A stretch of 63,867 nt of DNA, filler included, from Octopus bimaculoides (GCF_001194135.2; 6 parts of 5 records of this genome joined end to end with filler, not necessarily neighbours in it), one strand, 5' to 3'. Positions 1-10,567 are shown, numbered from the whole stretch's first letter. Numbers and translations: made by a program. The notes: a model not told the origin generated them from the letters alone.

Positions 1-719
1 TCTTAAGTCTTTTGATACCAAACCTTTTTCTTTTTTCTCTCCCTGTTTCTTTCTGTGTTCCTTTCTGTCGAAGAGCGTAGGCTCGAAACGTAAAAGACTT
101 TCTCACTTCCCAAGCGTTAAACTAATACATCTGTTTGTTATCTACACACCCGTCTTCATCTTTTGTTTTGTTTTTTTTGTAAATTCCAACTATATATATA
201 TACACACACACACACATATATATATATACATACACATATATATACATATACACACATATATATATATATATTTAGATAATTAACATAATGTGGTAAAAAT
301 TCGATATTAATTAATATCAATTTAATACCAGGAAACTAGCACATTAAAAGAATCAGAAGGTTCTTGAAAAAATTTTTGGGAGATCCTAAAAAGATTATAG
401 TACTTCACCGGTCTCGCCCGCCTGTTTTTGCTCCGCTGAATCCGTATTTGAGAATTTTTTTAAGTGAGCTTCTTCAAGCATTTTGACAGACCGGCCACTG
501 GTCAATCTTATATATATATAGATAGATAGATACACACACATATACACATACATGCATATACACCCTGTACATTATATATACAGCTTCTAGACCTACCCAG
601 GTAGCTAATCTCCAATCTCTCAACCTTTACTTTTATAGAATCGGGGAGAAATCCAGACAGGAACTGTCTTGAAACTGACCAGCTCTCCAGTAAGTATTAC
701 AATTTGATTTTGTTTAATA

Positions 720-884
720 CATCATCATCATCATCATCATCGTTTAACGTCCGCTTTCCATGCTAGCATGGGTTGGACGATTTGACTGAGGACTGGTGCA
801 ACCGGATGGCAACACCAGGCTCCAATCTAAATTTGGCAGAGTTTCTACAGCTGGATGCCCTTCCTAACGCCAACCACTCAGAGA

Positions 885-890
<6 letters not shown>
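720..890 (-). mobile_element. SINE/RTE-related repeat family E ((GAT)n-tailed), 3' part
   Basis: GTTTCTACAGCTGGATGCCCTTCCTAACGCCAACCACTC core; inverse copies at 4950-5310 and 24060-24750. Confidence 0.8.
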
Positions 891-918
<28 letters not shown>

Positions 919-1833
919 TCATCATCATCATCATCATTGTTTAACGTCCGCTTTCCATGCTAGCATGGGTTGGACNNNNNNNNNNNNNNNNNNNNNNNNN
1001 NNNNNNNNNNNNNNNNNNNNNNNNNNNNNNNNNNNNNNNNNNNNNNNNNNNNNNNNNNNNNNNNNNNNNNNNNNNNNNNNNNNNNNNNNNNNNNNNNNNN
1101 NNNNNNNNNNNNNNNNNNNNNNNNNNNNNNNNNNNNNNNNNNNNNNNNNNNNNNNNNNNNNNNNNNNNNNNNNNNNNNNNNNNNNNNNNNNNNNNNNNNN
1201 NNNNNNNNNNNNNNNNNNNNNNNNNNNNNNNNNNNNNNNNNNNNNNNNNNNNNNNNNNNNNNNNNNNNNNNNNNNNNNNNNNNNNNNNNNNNNNNNNNNN
1301 NNNNNNNNNNNNNNNNNNNNNNNNNNNNNNNNNNNNNNNNNNNNNNNNNNNNNNNNNNNNNNNNNNNNNNNNNNNNNNNNNNNNNNNNNNNNNNNNNNNN
1401 NNNNNNNNNNNNNNNNNNNNNNNNNNNNNNNNNNNNNNNNNNNNNNNNNNNNNNNNNNNNNNNNNNNNNNNNNNNNNNNNNNNNNNNNNNNNNNNNNNNN
1501 NNNNNNNNNNNNNNNNNNNNNNNNNNNNNNNNNNNNNNNNNNNNNNNNNNNNNNNNNNNNNNNNNNNNNNNNNNNNNNNNNNNNNNNNNNNNNNNNNNNN
1601 NNNNNNNNNNNNNNNNNNNNNNNNNNNNNNNNNNNNNNNNNNNNNNNNNNNNNNNNNNNNNNNNNNNNNNNNNNNNNNNNNNNNNNNNNNNNNNNNNNNN
1701 NNNNNNNNNNNNNNNNNNNNNNNNNNNNNNNNNNNNNNNNNNNNNNNNNNNNNNNNNNNNNNNNNNNNNNNNNNNNNNNNNNNNNNNNNNNNNNNNNNNN
1801 NNNNNNNNNNNNNNNNNNNNNNNNNNNNNNNNT

Positions 1834-2160
1834 ATCGACCCCGAAAGGATGAAAGGCAAAATCAATGTTGGTGGGATTTGAACTCAGAATGTAAAACTGG
1901 ACGAAATGCTGCTAAGCATTTTACCTGGCATGCTAACGTTTCTTTTCTACTCTAGGTACAAGGCCCGAAATTTTGGGGGAGGGAGGGAGCTTGTCGATTA
2001 GATCGACCCCAGTAACACAACTGGTACTTAATTTATCAACCCAGGAAGGATGAAAAAGCAAAGTTGACTTTGGTGGAATTTGAACTCAAAACATAAAGAC
2101 AGACGAAATACTGTTAAGCATTTCGCCTGGTGTGCTAACGTTTCTGCCAGCTCGCCACCT
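1834..2160 (-). mobile_element. SINE family A, two partial copies
   Basis: Inverse of GCCTTTCATCCTTTCGGGGTCGATAAATTAAGTACCAG core. Confidence 0.8.
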
Positions 2161-2365
2161 TTAAAAGGCAAAGGGGCCGATACAGCTTGGCACCAGTGAC
2201 ATCACAGATCATTTCTACAGCTGAGTGAACTGGAGCAACATGAAATAAAGTGTCTTGCTCAAGAACACAACACACAGCCCAGTCCGGGAATGGAACTCAC
2301 TACCTCGTGATTGTGGGCCCGTTGCTGTAACCACTGAGCCATGTGCCTTCACTATATATATATAT

Positions 2366-2397
<32 letters not shown>

Positions 2398-2541
2398 TTA
2401 ACATCTGTTTTCTATGCTGGCATGGGTTGGACGGTTTGACGTACACACTCTTACACGCACACTCACACATTCCTAATGCTGTTCTTAATAACGTCCATGT
2501 TTTTCTTCCCCCTCACCTTTTGTTTTTCTAACCCCGATCAG

Positions 2542-2714
2542 GTGAGAACTTCTCAAGAAGTTTACGACAAACTAAAGGACCCAGAATGGACAAAGAAGCT
2601 GGAAGCCCTCAAGTTGCTGTCGACTTTATCTACGGACAGCTCCTTTGCGCAGGAATTCATCAGCAAGCAAGGATTGTACTTGTTAACCTCCATCGTCAAT
2701 AACAGGGAGCAGTA
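2542..2714 (+). CDS. ELMO: ELMO exon (first in window; ARM-like region)
   Basis: Acceptor ctaaccccgatcag|, donor ta|gtaagg. Translates VRTSQEVYDKLKDPEWTKKLEALKLLSTLSTDSSFAQEFISKQGLYLLTSIVNNREQ, matching the recalled ELMO1 segment KLEALKDLASLSRDVTFAQEFI. Confidence 0.93.
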
Positions 2715-2806
2715 GTAAGGACCCTTATAATTTTCTCTTTCTCTCTCTCTCTCTCTTTCTCTCTCTTATGCTTTCCTTTTTTTTTTCCTTTCCTTTCTCT
2801 TACAGT

Positions 2807-3355
2807 TCATAGGGTTATGCTCAAGTTGGCTCCCTCATTCACACGTGCCATCCTTGCTACATTCACCCATCTTTTTCTTTTGAAACATTCACTAGACAAA
2901 ACTTCCCTCTCTACTCTCACCTTCCTCTTCAAGTGATACTTGAAGAAGTTGATGAGAGATTGCGCAGAGAGGAAAGTCTTTGTCTCTAGACCTTTCAGAC
3001 GCATCCACCATGCACATTCTTTCGCCATAGCCACAAGTACGATGAAAATGGCTCTTCCTTCCAGTTTAAAGGAAGGAGGCGCAACAATATTCACGATAGA
3101 CTCGGTTGATAAACCAACTCGTCCCACACGTGATAACAGTCGTTCGACAAAAGCCCACAGGTCGGAAATGGTTGAACACAGTACGAGTGCGTGCAGAACG
3201 GTTTCGTCGCTCTGACTGCATCTCGGGCAGGTTGGCCCCGTGTTTTGAGGCATGCCTGTAGAACTTATCCCGAATGGGTAGCGCTTCTTGATAGCACTGC
3301 CAGGCCAGGGATCTCTGGAAGTTGTCCATAGGTCCCAGCCCGAAAGTTGTCTTGA
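2807..3355 (-). mobile_element. Tx1/L1-clade LINE 3' fragment (zf-RVT) in an ELMO intron
   Basis: LAWQCYQEALPIRDK, then a frameshift to TCPRCSQSDETVLHALVLC...AKECAWW, a typical L1/Tx1 ORF2 C-terminus. Confidence 0.8.
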
Positions 3356-3535
3356 ATAGATAGATAGACGGACGGACGGACGGACGGCATGTGTGCATAT
3401 TGTTCGTATGCAATTGTTTTCATGTTTTATATCGTTATTGTTATGTAATTCACAAACGTCTTCTCTCTTTTTCTTTCTTTCTTTCTCCATCGTGTCTCCC
3501 ACCATGACCATCACTACCACCACAACCACTTGCAG

Positions 3536-3635
3536 TGTAGGGACTCCTCTGGCATTTTGCCTGAAATCCTTTGTGTCCCTAATGGATCACAGTATCGTCA
3601 GTTGGGACATTGTGGACGAGGTTTTTATAGAAAAG
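3536..3635 (+). CDS. ELMO: ELMO exon
   Basis: ttgcag| ... aag|gtaagc. (Y)VGTPLAFCLKSFVSLMDHSIVSWDIVDEVFIEK, cf. ELMO LMDHGIVSWD motif. Phase 2 to 0 fits neighbours. Confidence 0.95.
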
Positions 3636-3659
3636 GTAAGCCTGCATCACCAACACCAG

Positions 3660-3698
<39 letters not shown>

Positions 3699-3730
3699 CA
3701 TCATCATTGTTGTTGTTGTTGTTATTGCAG

Positions 3731-3834
3731 GTGGCCAGCACCCTTGACGACGAGTCCTGCTATTCCGATAACAATGTCGATAACACATGTCTGCAGACAG
3801 CCTTGGAAATTATTGAGGCAGTTCTACTGAACAG
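3731..3834 (+). CDS. ELMO: ELMO exon
   Basis: ttgcag| ... ag|gtaagt. VASTLDDESCYSDNNVDNTCLQTALEIIEAVLLN(S), cf. LQRSLAILESMVLNS. Confidence 0.92.
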
Positions 3835-3870
3835 GTAAGTCGTGATGGTCATAGCAGCAGCAGTAGCAGC

Positions 3871-3908
<38 letters not shown>

Positions 3909-4949
3909 GGTGATGATGGGTAGGTGGGTGGGGAGTAGTGATATTACTAGTGATGGTAGCAGTAGGAGTCATCATCATTTAACATCTGTTTTTGCGATGC
4001 TGGCGTGAGATGGAGGGACCATTTGAACCAAGCTGACAAGCAAGAGAGTGGCACCAGGTTCCAGTCTAATTTGGCTTTGTTTCTACTATATNNNNNNNNN
4101 NNNNNNNNNNNNNNNNNNNNNNNNNNNNNNNNNNNNNNNNNNNNNNNNNNNNNNNNNNNNNNNNNNNNNNNNNNNNNNNNNNNNNNNNNNNNNNNNNNNN
4201 NNNNNNNNNNNNNNNNNNNNNNNNNNNNNNNNNNNNNNNNNNNNNNNNNNNNNNNNNNNNNNNNNNNNNNNNNNNNNNNNNNNNNNNNNNNNNNNNNNNN
4301 NNNNNNNNNNNNNNNNNNNNNNNNNNNNNNNNNNNNNNNNNNNNNNNNNNNNNNNNNNNNNNNNNNNNNNNNNNNNNNNNNNNNNNNNNNNNNNNNNNNN
4401 NNNNNNNNNNNNNNNNNNNNNNNNNNNNNNNNNNNNNNNNNNNNNNNNNNNNNNNNNNNNNNNNNNNNNNNNNNNNNNNNNNNNNNNNNNNNNNNNNNNN
4501 NNNNNNNNNNNNNNNNNNNNNNNNNNNNNNNNNNNNNNNNNNNNNNNNNNNNNNNNNNNNNNNNNNNNNNNNNNNNNNNNNNNNNNNNNNNNNNNNNNNN
4601 NNNNNNNNNNNNNNNNNNNNNNNNNNNNNNNNNNNNNNNNNNNNNNNNNNNNNNNNNNNNNNNNNNNNNNNNNNNNNNNNNNNNNNNNNNNNNNNNNNNN
4701 NNNNNNNNNNNNNNNNNNNNNNNNNNNNNNNNNNNNNNNNNNNNNNNNNNNNNNNNNNNNNNNNNNNNNNNNNNNNNNNNNNNNNNNNNNNNNNNNNNNN
4801 NNNNNNNNNNNNNNNNNNNNNNNNNNNNNNNNNNNNNNNNNNNNNNNNNNNNNNNNNNNNNNNNNNNNNNNNNNNNNNNNNNNNNNNNNNNNNNNNNNNN
4901 NNNNNNNNNNNNNNNNNNNNNNNNNNNNNNNNNNNNTAATTTTTTTTGG

Positions 4950-5310
4950 TAGACAGCACTTGCAACAACCACACTCAGATGGTGCTTTTTACGTGCCACT
5001 AGTATGAGTCAGGTGGCACTGGCAAGGACCACGCTCAAATGGTCCTTTTTACGTGCCAACAGCATGGGTGCCCATCAGCCAGTACGATACCAGTACTGCC
5101 TGACTGGCTTTTGTGCTGGTGGTGCGTAAAAAGCAGCCACTACACTCTCCGAGTGGTCGGCGTTAGGAAGGGCATCCAGCTGTAGAAACTCTGCCAGATC
5201 AGATTGGAGCCTGGTGCAGCCTTCTGGCTTGCCAGCCCTCAGTCAAACTGTCCAACGCATGCCAGCATGGGAAGCGGATGTTAAACGATGATGATGATGA
5301 TGATGATGTA
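4950..5310 (+). mobile_element. Repeat family E copy
   Basis: Inverse complement of 720-890, ending in (GAT)n. Confidence 0.8.
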
Positions 5311-5605
5311 TATGGCGCTATAGTAAAGGTGCATGGCTCAGTGGTTAGAGCATTCGTCCAGGATTAAGATTTAAGTGACAAGTTAGATATTAGAGACTGT
5401 CACGTCATATGCCATTCTGCAAAATATTTTCTTCCTTTTATGAAAAGACCAACATAGAGCATCAGACCCCTCTTTTCTCTCTTCCTCCTCCTCTCTTACT
5501 GGCATACAAACTAACCTAAGCTCATAAACTGATGTATTCTTGGTTTGTCTGTCTGTGCGTCTATACACTGTCTCTTGTAATTCCCCCGTTTTCTATTGCT
5601 TCCAG

Positions 5606-5668
5606 TGACAAGTACACAATTGTGGAGAAGTACGTCACCCCAGGACAGATCACGAAACTGATGACTGT
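5606..5668 (+). CDS. ELMO: ELMO exon
   Basis: ttccag| ... gt|gtaagt. DKYTIVEKYVTPGQITKLMT; phase 2-2 joins flanking exons in frame. Confidence 0.85.
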
Positions 5669-5830
5669 GTAAGTATTGAACACTGCCCTATCACCTTATC
5701 TTTATATCATTTCTTGTCATACACAAGGTGTTTGGGCTAAATTCGACAATTTGCATCAAAGGAAAAAAAAAAAACATTTCAAAATAAAAGTATTTTTAAA
5801 AAATTAAATTAAATAAAAATTAAATAAATA

Positions 5831-5995
5831 TAGGTGTAGGAGTGGCTGTGTGGTAAGTAGCTTGCTTCCCAACCATATGGTTCCGGGTTCAGTTCCACTG
5901 CGTGGCACCTTGGGCAAGTGTCTTCTTCTATAGCCTCGGGCCGAGCAAAGCCTTGAGTGGATTTGGTTGACGGAAACTGAAAGCCCATTGTATNN
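5831..5995 (+). mobile_element. SINE family B copy
   Basis: GGAGTGGCTGTGTGGTAAGTAGCTTGC...CCTTGGGCAAGTGTCTT...GACGGAAACTGAAAG. Other copies: 6118-6262(-), 6447-6612(-), 10950-11060(-), 13490-13670(-), 22048-22205(-), 29215-29365(-), 37165-37310(+). Confidence 0.85.
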
Positions 5996-6080
5996 NNNNN
6001 NNNNNNNNNNNNNNNNNNNNNNNNNNNNNNNNNNNNNNNNNNNNNNNNNNNNNNNNNNNNNNNNNNNNNNNNNNNNNNNN

Positions 6081-6117
<37 letters not shown>

Positions 6118-6675
6118 CGACGGGCTTCTTTCAGTTTCCCTCTACCAAATTCACTACTCACAAGGCTTTGGTTGGCTCAAGGTGCCACACAGTGGGACTG
6201 AGCCTGGAACTATGTGGTTGGGAAGCAAGCTTCCTATTTCTTTATTACCACACAGCCACACCTGCTCCTATACATACATATGTATGTGTGTGTGCGTGTA
6301 TGTAAATATATATATATATATATGTATGTCTATATATATAAATGTATTAACGGAGATGTAAATACATCAACACCAGTTGTCAAGTGGAGCGTGGGTGACA
6401 AACACCAACATAAAGGCACACGCACATAGATATATACATATATATGTATATATGATGAATTTCTTTTAGTTTCCGTCTACCAAATCCACTCGCAAGATTT
6501 TGGTTGACCTGAGGCTAGAGTAGAAGACACTTGCCCAAGGTGTCATGCAGTGGGACTGAACCTGAAACCATGTGGTTGGGAAGCAAGCTGCTTACCACAC
6601 AGCCATACCTGCACCTGTACATACATATATGTGTGTGTGTCTGATTAATTTATGTCTGTCTGTGTGTCGCTTTAG

Positions 6676-6760
6676 ATGCCGCAAGTCCAGTGAACTACAC
6701 AAAAACTTCATCGCTGTCATCAATGCCCTGTTGATGAAGGCCAATCGGCAAAAACACAAG
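6676..6760 (+). CDS. ELMO: ELMO exon
   Basis: ctttag| ... aag|gtgagt. CRKSSELHKNFIAVINALLMKANRQKHK, cf. IAVINALFLKA. Confidence 0.93.
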
Positions 6761-7032
6761 GTGAGTAAGACTTCATCTTCACTTTCAGAACCTTTCTCTT
6801 ATTTTTTTGGTTGGGCTTTCATAGAGGGTCCCACGTGGTGGTGGGGTGGGGGTTTACTAAAGTATTGGTGGGCAAAATCCTAGCAGTATTTCAGCCATCG
6901 TCACACATCTGCCTTTACATTCCGTTCCGAGTTCAAATTTCACTAGGGTTGTCTTTGTCTTTCACCCTTTAAGGGTTGATAAAATACACCTGCCACCCCT
7001 GAAATTGCTGGCCTTGTGTCAAAATGTAAAAA

Positions 7033-7073
<41 letters not shown>

Positions 7074-7074
<1 letters not shown>

Positions 7075-7302
7075 GGTGGCAAGCTGGCAGACTCGTTAGC
7101 ATACTGGATGGAATGCTTAGCAGTATTTTACCCGTTGCTATGTTCTGAGTTCAAATTCAGCCGAGGTTGACACTTTGCCGTTAATCCCTTCGGGGTCGAT
7201 ATAATTTATCGACCAGTTGAGTACCAGTTGAGCACTGGGGTTGGTATTATCAACTTAGCCCCCATCCCCAAACATGCTGGCCTTGCGCCAAAATTTGAAA
7301 TC
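7074..7302 (+). mobile_element. SINE family A copy
   Basis: GGTGGCAAGCTGGCAG...GAGTTCAAATTC head plus core, flanked by (ATT)n. Other copies: 11862-12090, 30960-31160(-), 41535-41722, 47815-48008(-), 54326-54535, 58638-58850. Confidence 0.85.
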
Positions 7303-7368
7303 ATTATTATTATTATTATTATTATTATTAATTGAGTTTTTTCATCCCATCTCTTTCTTATAATGCAG

Positions 7369-7419
7369 GAAATTGCCGAAAGCCTTCAGTCCAAGATGTT
7401 TCGAAATATAATTCTTGAC
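7369..7419 (+). CDS. ELMO: ELMO exon
   Basis: atgcag| ... gac|gtaagt. EIAESLQSKMFRNIILD, cf. EMANILAQKQLRSIILT. Confidence 0.9.
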
Positions 7420-7824
7420 GTAAGTTACCATCTGTGCCACTTAGCCCCCCCTACCCTCTCTGACTCTCTCTCTCTTTTTTTCTCCTCCGACTTTCTATTT
7501 CTCTTCCAACATCTCATTACAGTATTTATTGATCCACCGACCCATTCATCTCTCTCTCTCCCTATTCTAATATATCATTGTAGTTTCTCTCCACTCAGCC
7601 ACCCACTCGTTTCTCTCTCCCCACCTCTCTTTTTCTCAATTCCAGCATTTCATTATAGGTCTTATCCATGTACTCTTATATCCATCTACCCTTAAATCCA
7701 TCCACCAATCTACCCATCCTTCTAACTCTCACTTAGCCCTTACTTTTCCTTCTCTCTCCCTACTCCAACATATCGTGATTTCTCTCTCTCTCTCTCTCTC
7801 TCACTCTCTATCTCTATCTCTCTC

Positions 7825-7868
<44 letters not shown>

Positions 7869-8102
7869 TGAGACGTATCCTGATTTCTATTCTCCCACCC
7901 ACTTATCTCTCTCCTTGGCTCTCTATTCCAACATACCATTGTGGTTTCTATTCATCTACCCACCCACTTTTCTCTTTCTGTCTCACTATTCCAGCATGTC
8001 TTTTATTAATTTCTATCCATCTAGCCACATATCCACTCAGCCATCTAGCCCCCACCTCTCTCTCTCTCTCTCAGTTGCAGCAAATCATGATTTCTATTCC
8101 AG

Positions 8103-8222
8103 CATGTCATTATGGCTTCAAAAGTAATCAACAACGATATGGCACATCAACTCAGCATTCTCCAGACCCTCATGTTGAACCTTAACGAAGAACGGATGAA
8201 ATCACTTCCAGATCCTTCCGAA
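8103..8222 (+). CDS. ELMO: ELMO exon
   Basis: ttccag| ... gaa|gtgagt. HVIMASKVINNDMAHQLSILQTLMLNLNEERMKSLPDPSE, cf. INNEMAHQLYVLQ. Confidence 0.94.
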
Positions 8223-8477
8223 GTGAGTACTGTACTCTTTATTATCATACCATGTAACATGCTACCCCCTGATGTACTCTAATATGTACTTGTTACAGTT
8301 ATCTCTTGTAATATGCTTCTACAGTACCCTGTTTTCCACCCAGTATCCCCAACAATACTCTTTATTATCCCGTGTAACTTGCTACCCTTGATGTACTTTA
8401 ATACGTACTCATTACTATTATTTCATGACACTAAAACAGTGAGCTGGAAGATAAAATACCTAATCTAATAATGTACT

Positions 8478-8835
8478 CAGCTGTACCCCAACATACCAAT
8501 GTACTCTACATACCAATGTACCCAGCTGTACCCTGACATAACAATGTGCCTAGCTGTACCCTGACATAACAATGTAATCAGTTGTAACCTGACATAACAA
8601 TGTACCCAGTTGTACCCTGACATACCAATATACCCAGCTGTACCTGACATACCAGTGTACCCTAAACTAACAATGTACTCAGTTGTACCCTAACACACTA
8701 ATGTACCCACCTGTAACCTGACATAACAACGTATCCAGCTCTACCCTGACATATCAATGTACCCAGCTGTACCCTGACATACCAATATACCCAGCTGTAT
8801 CCTGACATATGAATGTACCCAGCTGTACCCTGTTG
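8478..8835. repeat. 28-bp minisatellite (~13 copies)
   Basis: Unit CAGCTGTACCCTGACATACCAATGTACC. Confidence 0.9.
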
Positions 8836-8868
8836 TACTAATGTAGCCCTTTATCTTGTCTGTTGCAG

Positions 8869-9003
8869 AACATCAAAGACATCATTGAGCTGCGGAAGAT
8901 TGCCTTCGACTTTGAAGGGGATGTGGCCTCCCGCAAGACAATGACCGTCAGTAGGGACTTCGCTAAGGACGCAGTCAAAGACGCCAGGAAACTGGGCTTT
9001 ACG
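8869..9003 (+). CDS. ELMO: ELMO exon (start of ELMO domain)
   Basis: ttgcag| ... acg|gtcagt. NIKDIIELRKIAFDFEGDVASRKTMTVSRDFAKDAVKDARKLGFT, cf. ELRRIAFD...KKLGF. Confidence 0.94.
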
Positions 9004-9113
9004 GTCAGTACCGATACCTTGTGGTTGTCGTCATTGGTGATAGGGGTGTTGGTGGTGGTGGTGTTGTCATGGTTAAATTTTTCTCATGTTGCTTTGTTCA
9101 TTTTTTTTTTTAG

Positions 9114-9218
9114 AACTTTGCACGCCCTCTGGACGACTTCAATGAAGTACCTCCTGGTGTTCTGGCCCTTGATTGTATGCTCTACTTTGCAAAGAATCAC
9201 ACAGACAGTTACATAAAG
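9114..9218 (+). CDS. ELMO: ELMO exon
   Basis: T-tract ag| ... aag|gtgagt. NFARPLDDFNEVPPGVLALDCMLYFAKNHTDSYIK, cf. PPGMLALDNMLYFAK. Confidence 0.96.
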
Positions 9219-9450
9219 GTGAGTTGTTGCTATTTGCAGATTAAATAACCCAGCTCTGCCATCTGCAAGGACAAGACAATAGTTAAGTATGTTGTGTGTT
9301 GATGTATTTCATGCAAAGTGGGGGCATAGATAAGCAAATTGAGGTAATTAGAAATACGTGATTAAAGGACAAAAAATATCACAAAATTAGTCAATGATTG
9401 TTATTATTATTATTATTATGCGAGCTGCACTTGTGTATATATTGTTCCAG

Positions 9451-9559
9451 GTGGTGTTGGAGAATTGCTGCCGTGCTGATGAGCATGACTGTCCATTTAC
9501 ACAGACCAGCATTTACCTGACCAAGATTCTTTGCGAAATTCTTAAAATCGGAGAACCAC
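9451..9559 (+). CDS. ELMO: ELMO exon
   Basis: ttccag| ... c|gtaagt. VVLENCCRADEHDCPFTQTSIYLTKILCEILKIGEP, cf. IVLENSSREDKHECPF. Confidence 0.96.
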
Positions 9560-9831
9560 GTAAGTTGAAACGAAATACGGTCTTCCCTCTCTCCCTCCGT
9601 ATATCTATCTAATTCTCCCTTTCTCTATAGCTATTTATTTCTTTCTCTCTCTCTCTCTCTCCTTTCTATTTGTCTGTCTGTCTATCTATATCTATTCTCT
9701 CTCTCTCACCCTCTATCTATCAAGCTATCTATATGTTTTTCTTTCTATCTATCTAGCTATATCTATTTCTCTCACTCTCCTCTCTTCCTCCCCCTCTCTC
9801 TTTATATATATATATATACACACACACATAC

Positions 9832-9885
<54 letters not shown>

Positions 9886-9996
9886 CACACCCACCCACAC
9901 ACCCACACACATACATCCATATATATATATACATATATCTATCACCTTCATCACGTCCATCACCCACCTCACCACTTTCATGTTTCCCATTTCCAG

Positions 9997-10133
9997 CATC
10001 TGAAGACAGCCATATTTACTATAGAATGTTCTTCACCCATGACAAACCATTTGAAGAATTCTTTTGCTCCTGTATCCAGTTATGGAGTAAATCTTGGAAA
10101 GAAATGAGGGCCACAACTGAAGACTTTTCAAAG
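9997..10133 (+). CDS. ELMO: ELMO exon
   Basis: ttccag| ... aag|gtttgt. [45 protein letters not shown], cf. FFTHDRSFEEFF...WKEMRAT. Confidence 0.96.
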
Positions 10134-10244
10134 GTTTGTCTCTGTGTGTGTCTCTTTCTCTCTCTCTCTCTCTCTGAATTTGTCTGTTGAGTGTGTGTAT
10201 GTGTGTGTACATGTTTATATGTGTCAATGCATTTTGTGTGCTGT

Positions 10245-10512
10245 ACACGAGTCTGTGTTGAGTCTGTTGAGCTTATGTGTTGAGTCTGTGTTGAATTTGT
10301 GTATGAGTCTTCATGAACCTGTTGAGTTTATGTGTGAGTCTGTGCATGAGTCCATGTTGAGTCTGTATGAGTCAATGCGTTGAGTCTGTGTATGAGTCTG
10401 TATGAGTTCATGTTGAGTCTGTATGAGTTCATGTTGAGTCTGTACGAGTCAATTCGTTGAATCTGTGTGCGAGTCTGTGCATGAGACTCTGTATGAGTTT
10501 CTGTTGAGTCTA
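10245..10512. repeat. Degenerate short-unit minisatellite (GAGTCTGT core)
   Basis: Many copies of TGAGTCTGT(G/AT). Confidence 0.85.
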
Positions 10513-10567
10513 ATTACCTTCTTTTTTTTATTTTCCACCTCAATATATCTTCTAAATCAAACCGTAG

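Noticed and set aside
915-975. Exact repeat of 720-779 next to a gap
   Set aside because: Probably a contig-end overlap artefact or another copy of the same SINE tail.
773-1955. Long ORFs in the track spanning N runs (also 3947-5007, 31006-31818, 36655-37852, 39996-40474, 52860-53479)
   Set aside because: Length comes from X codons in gaps.
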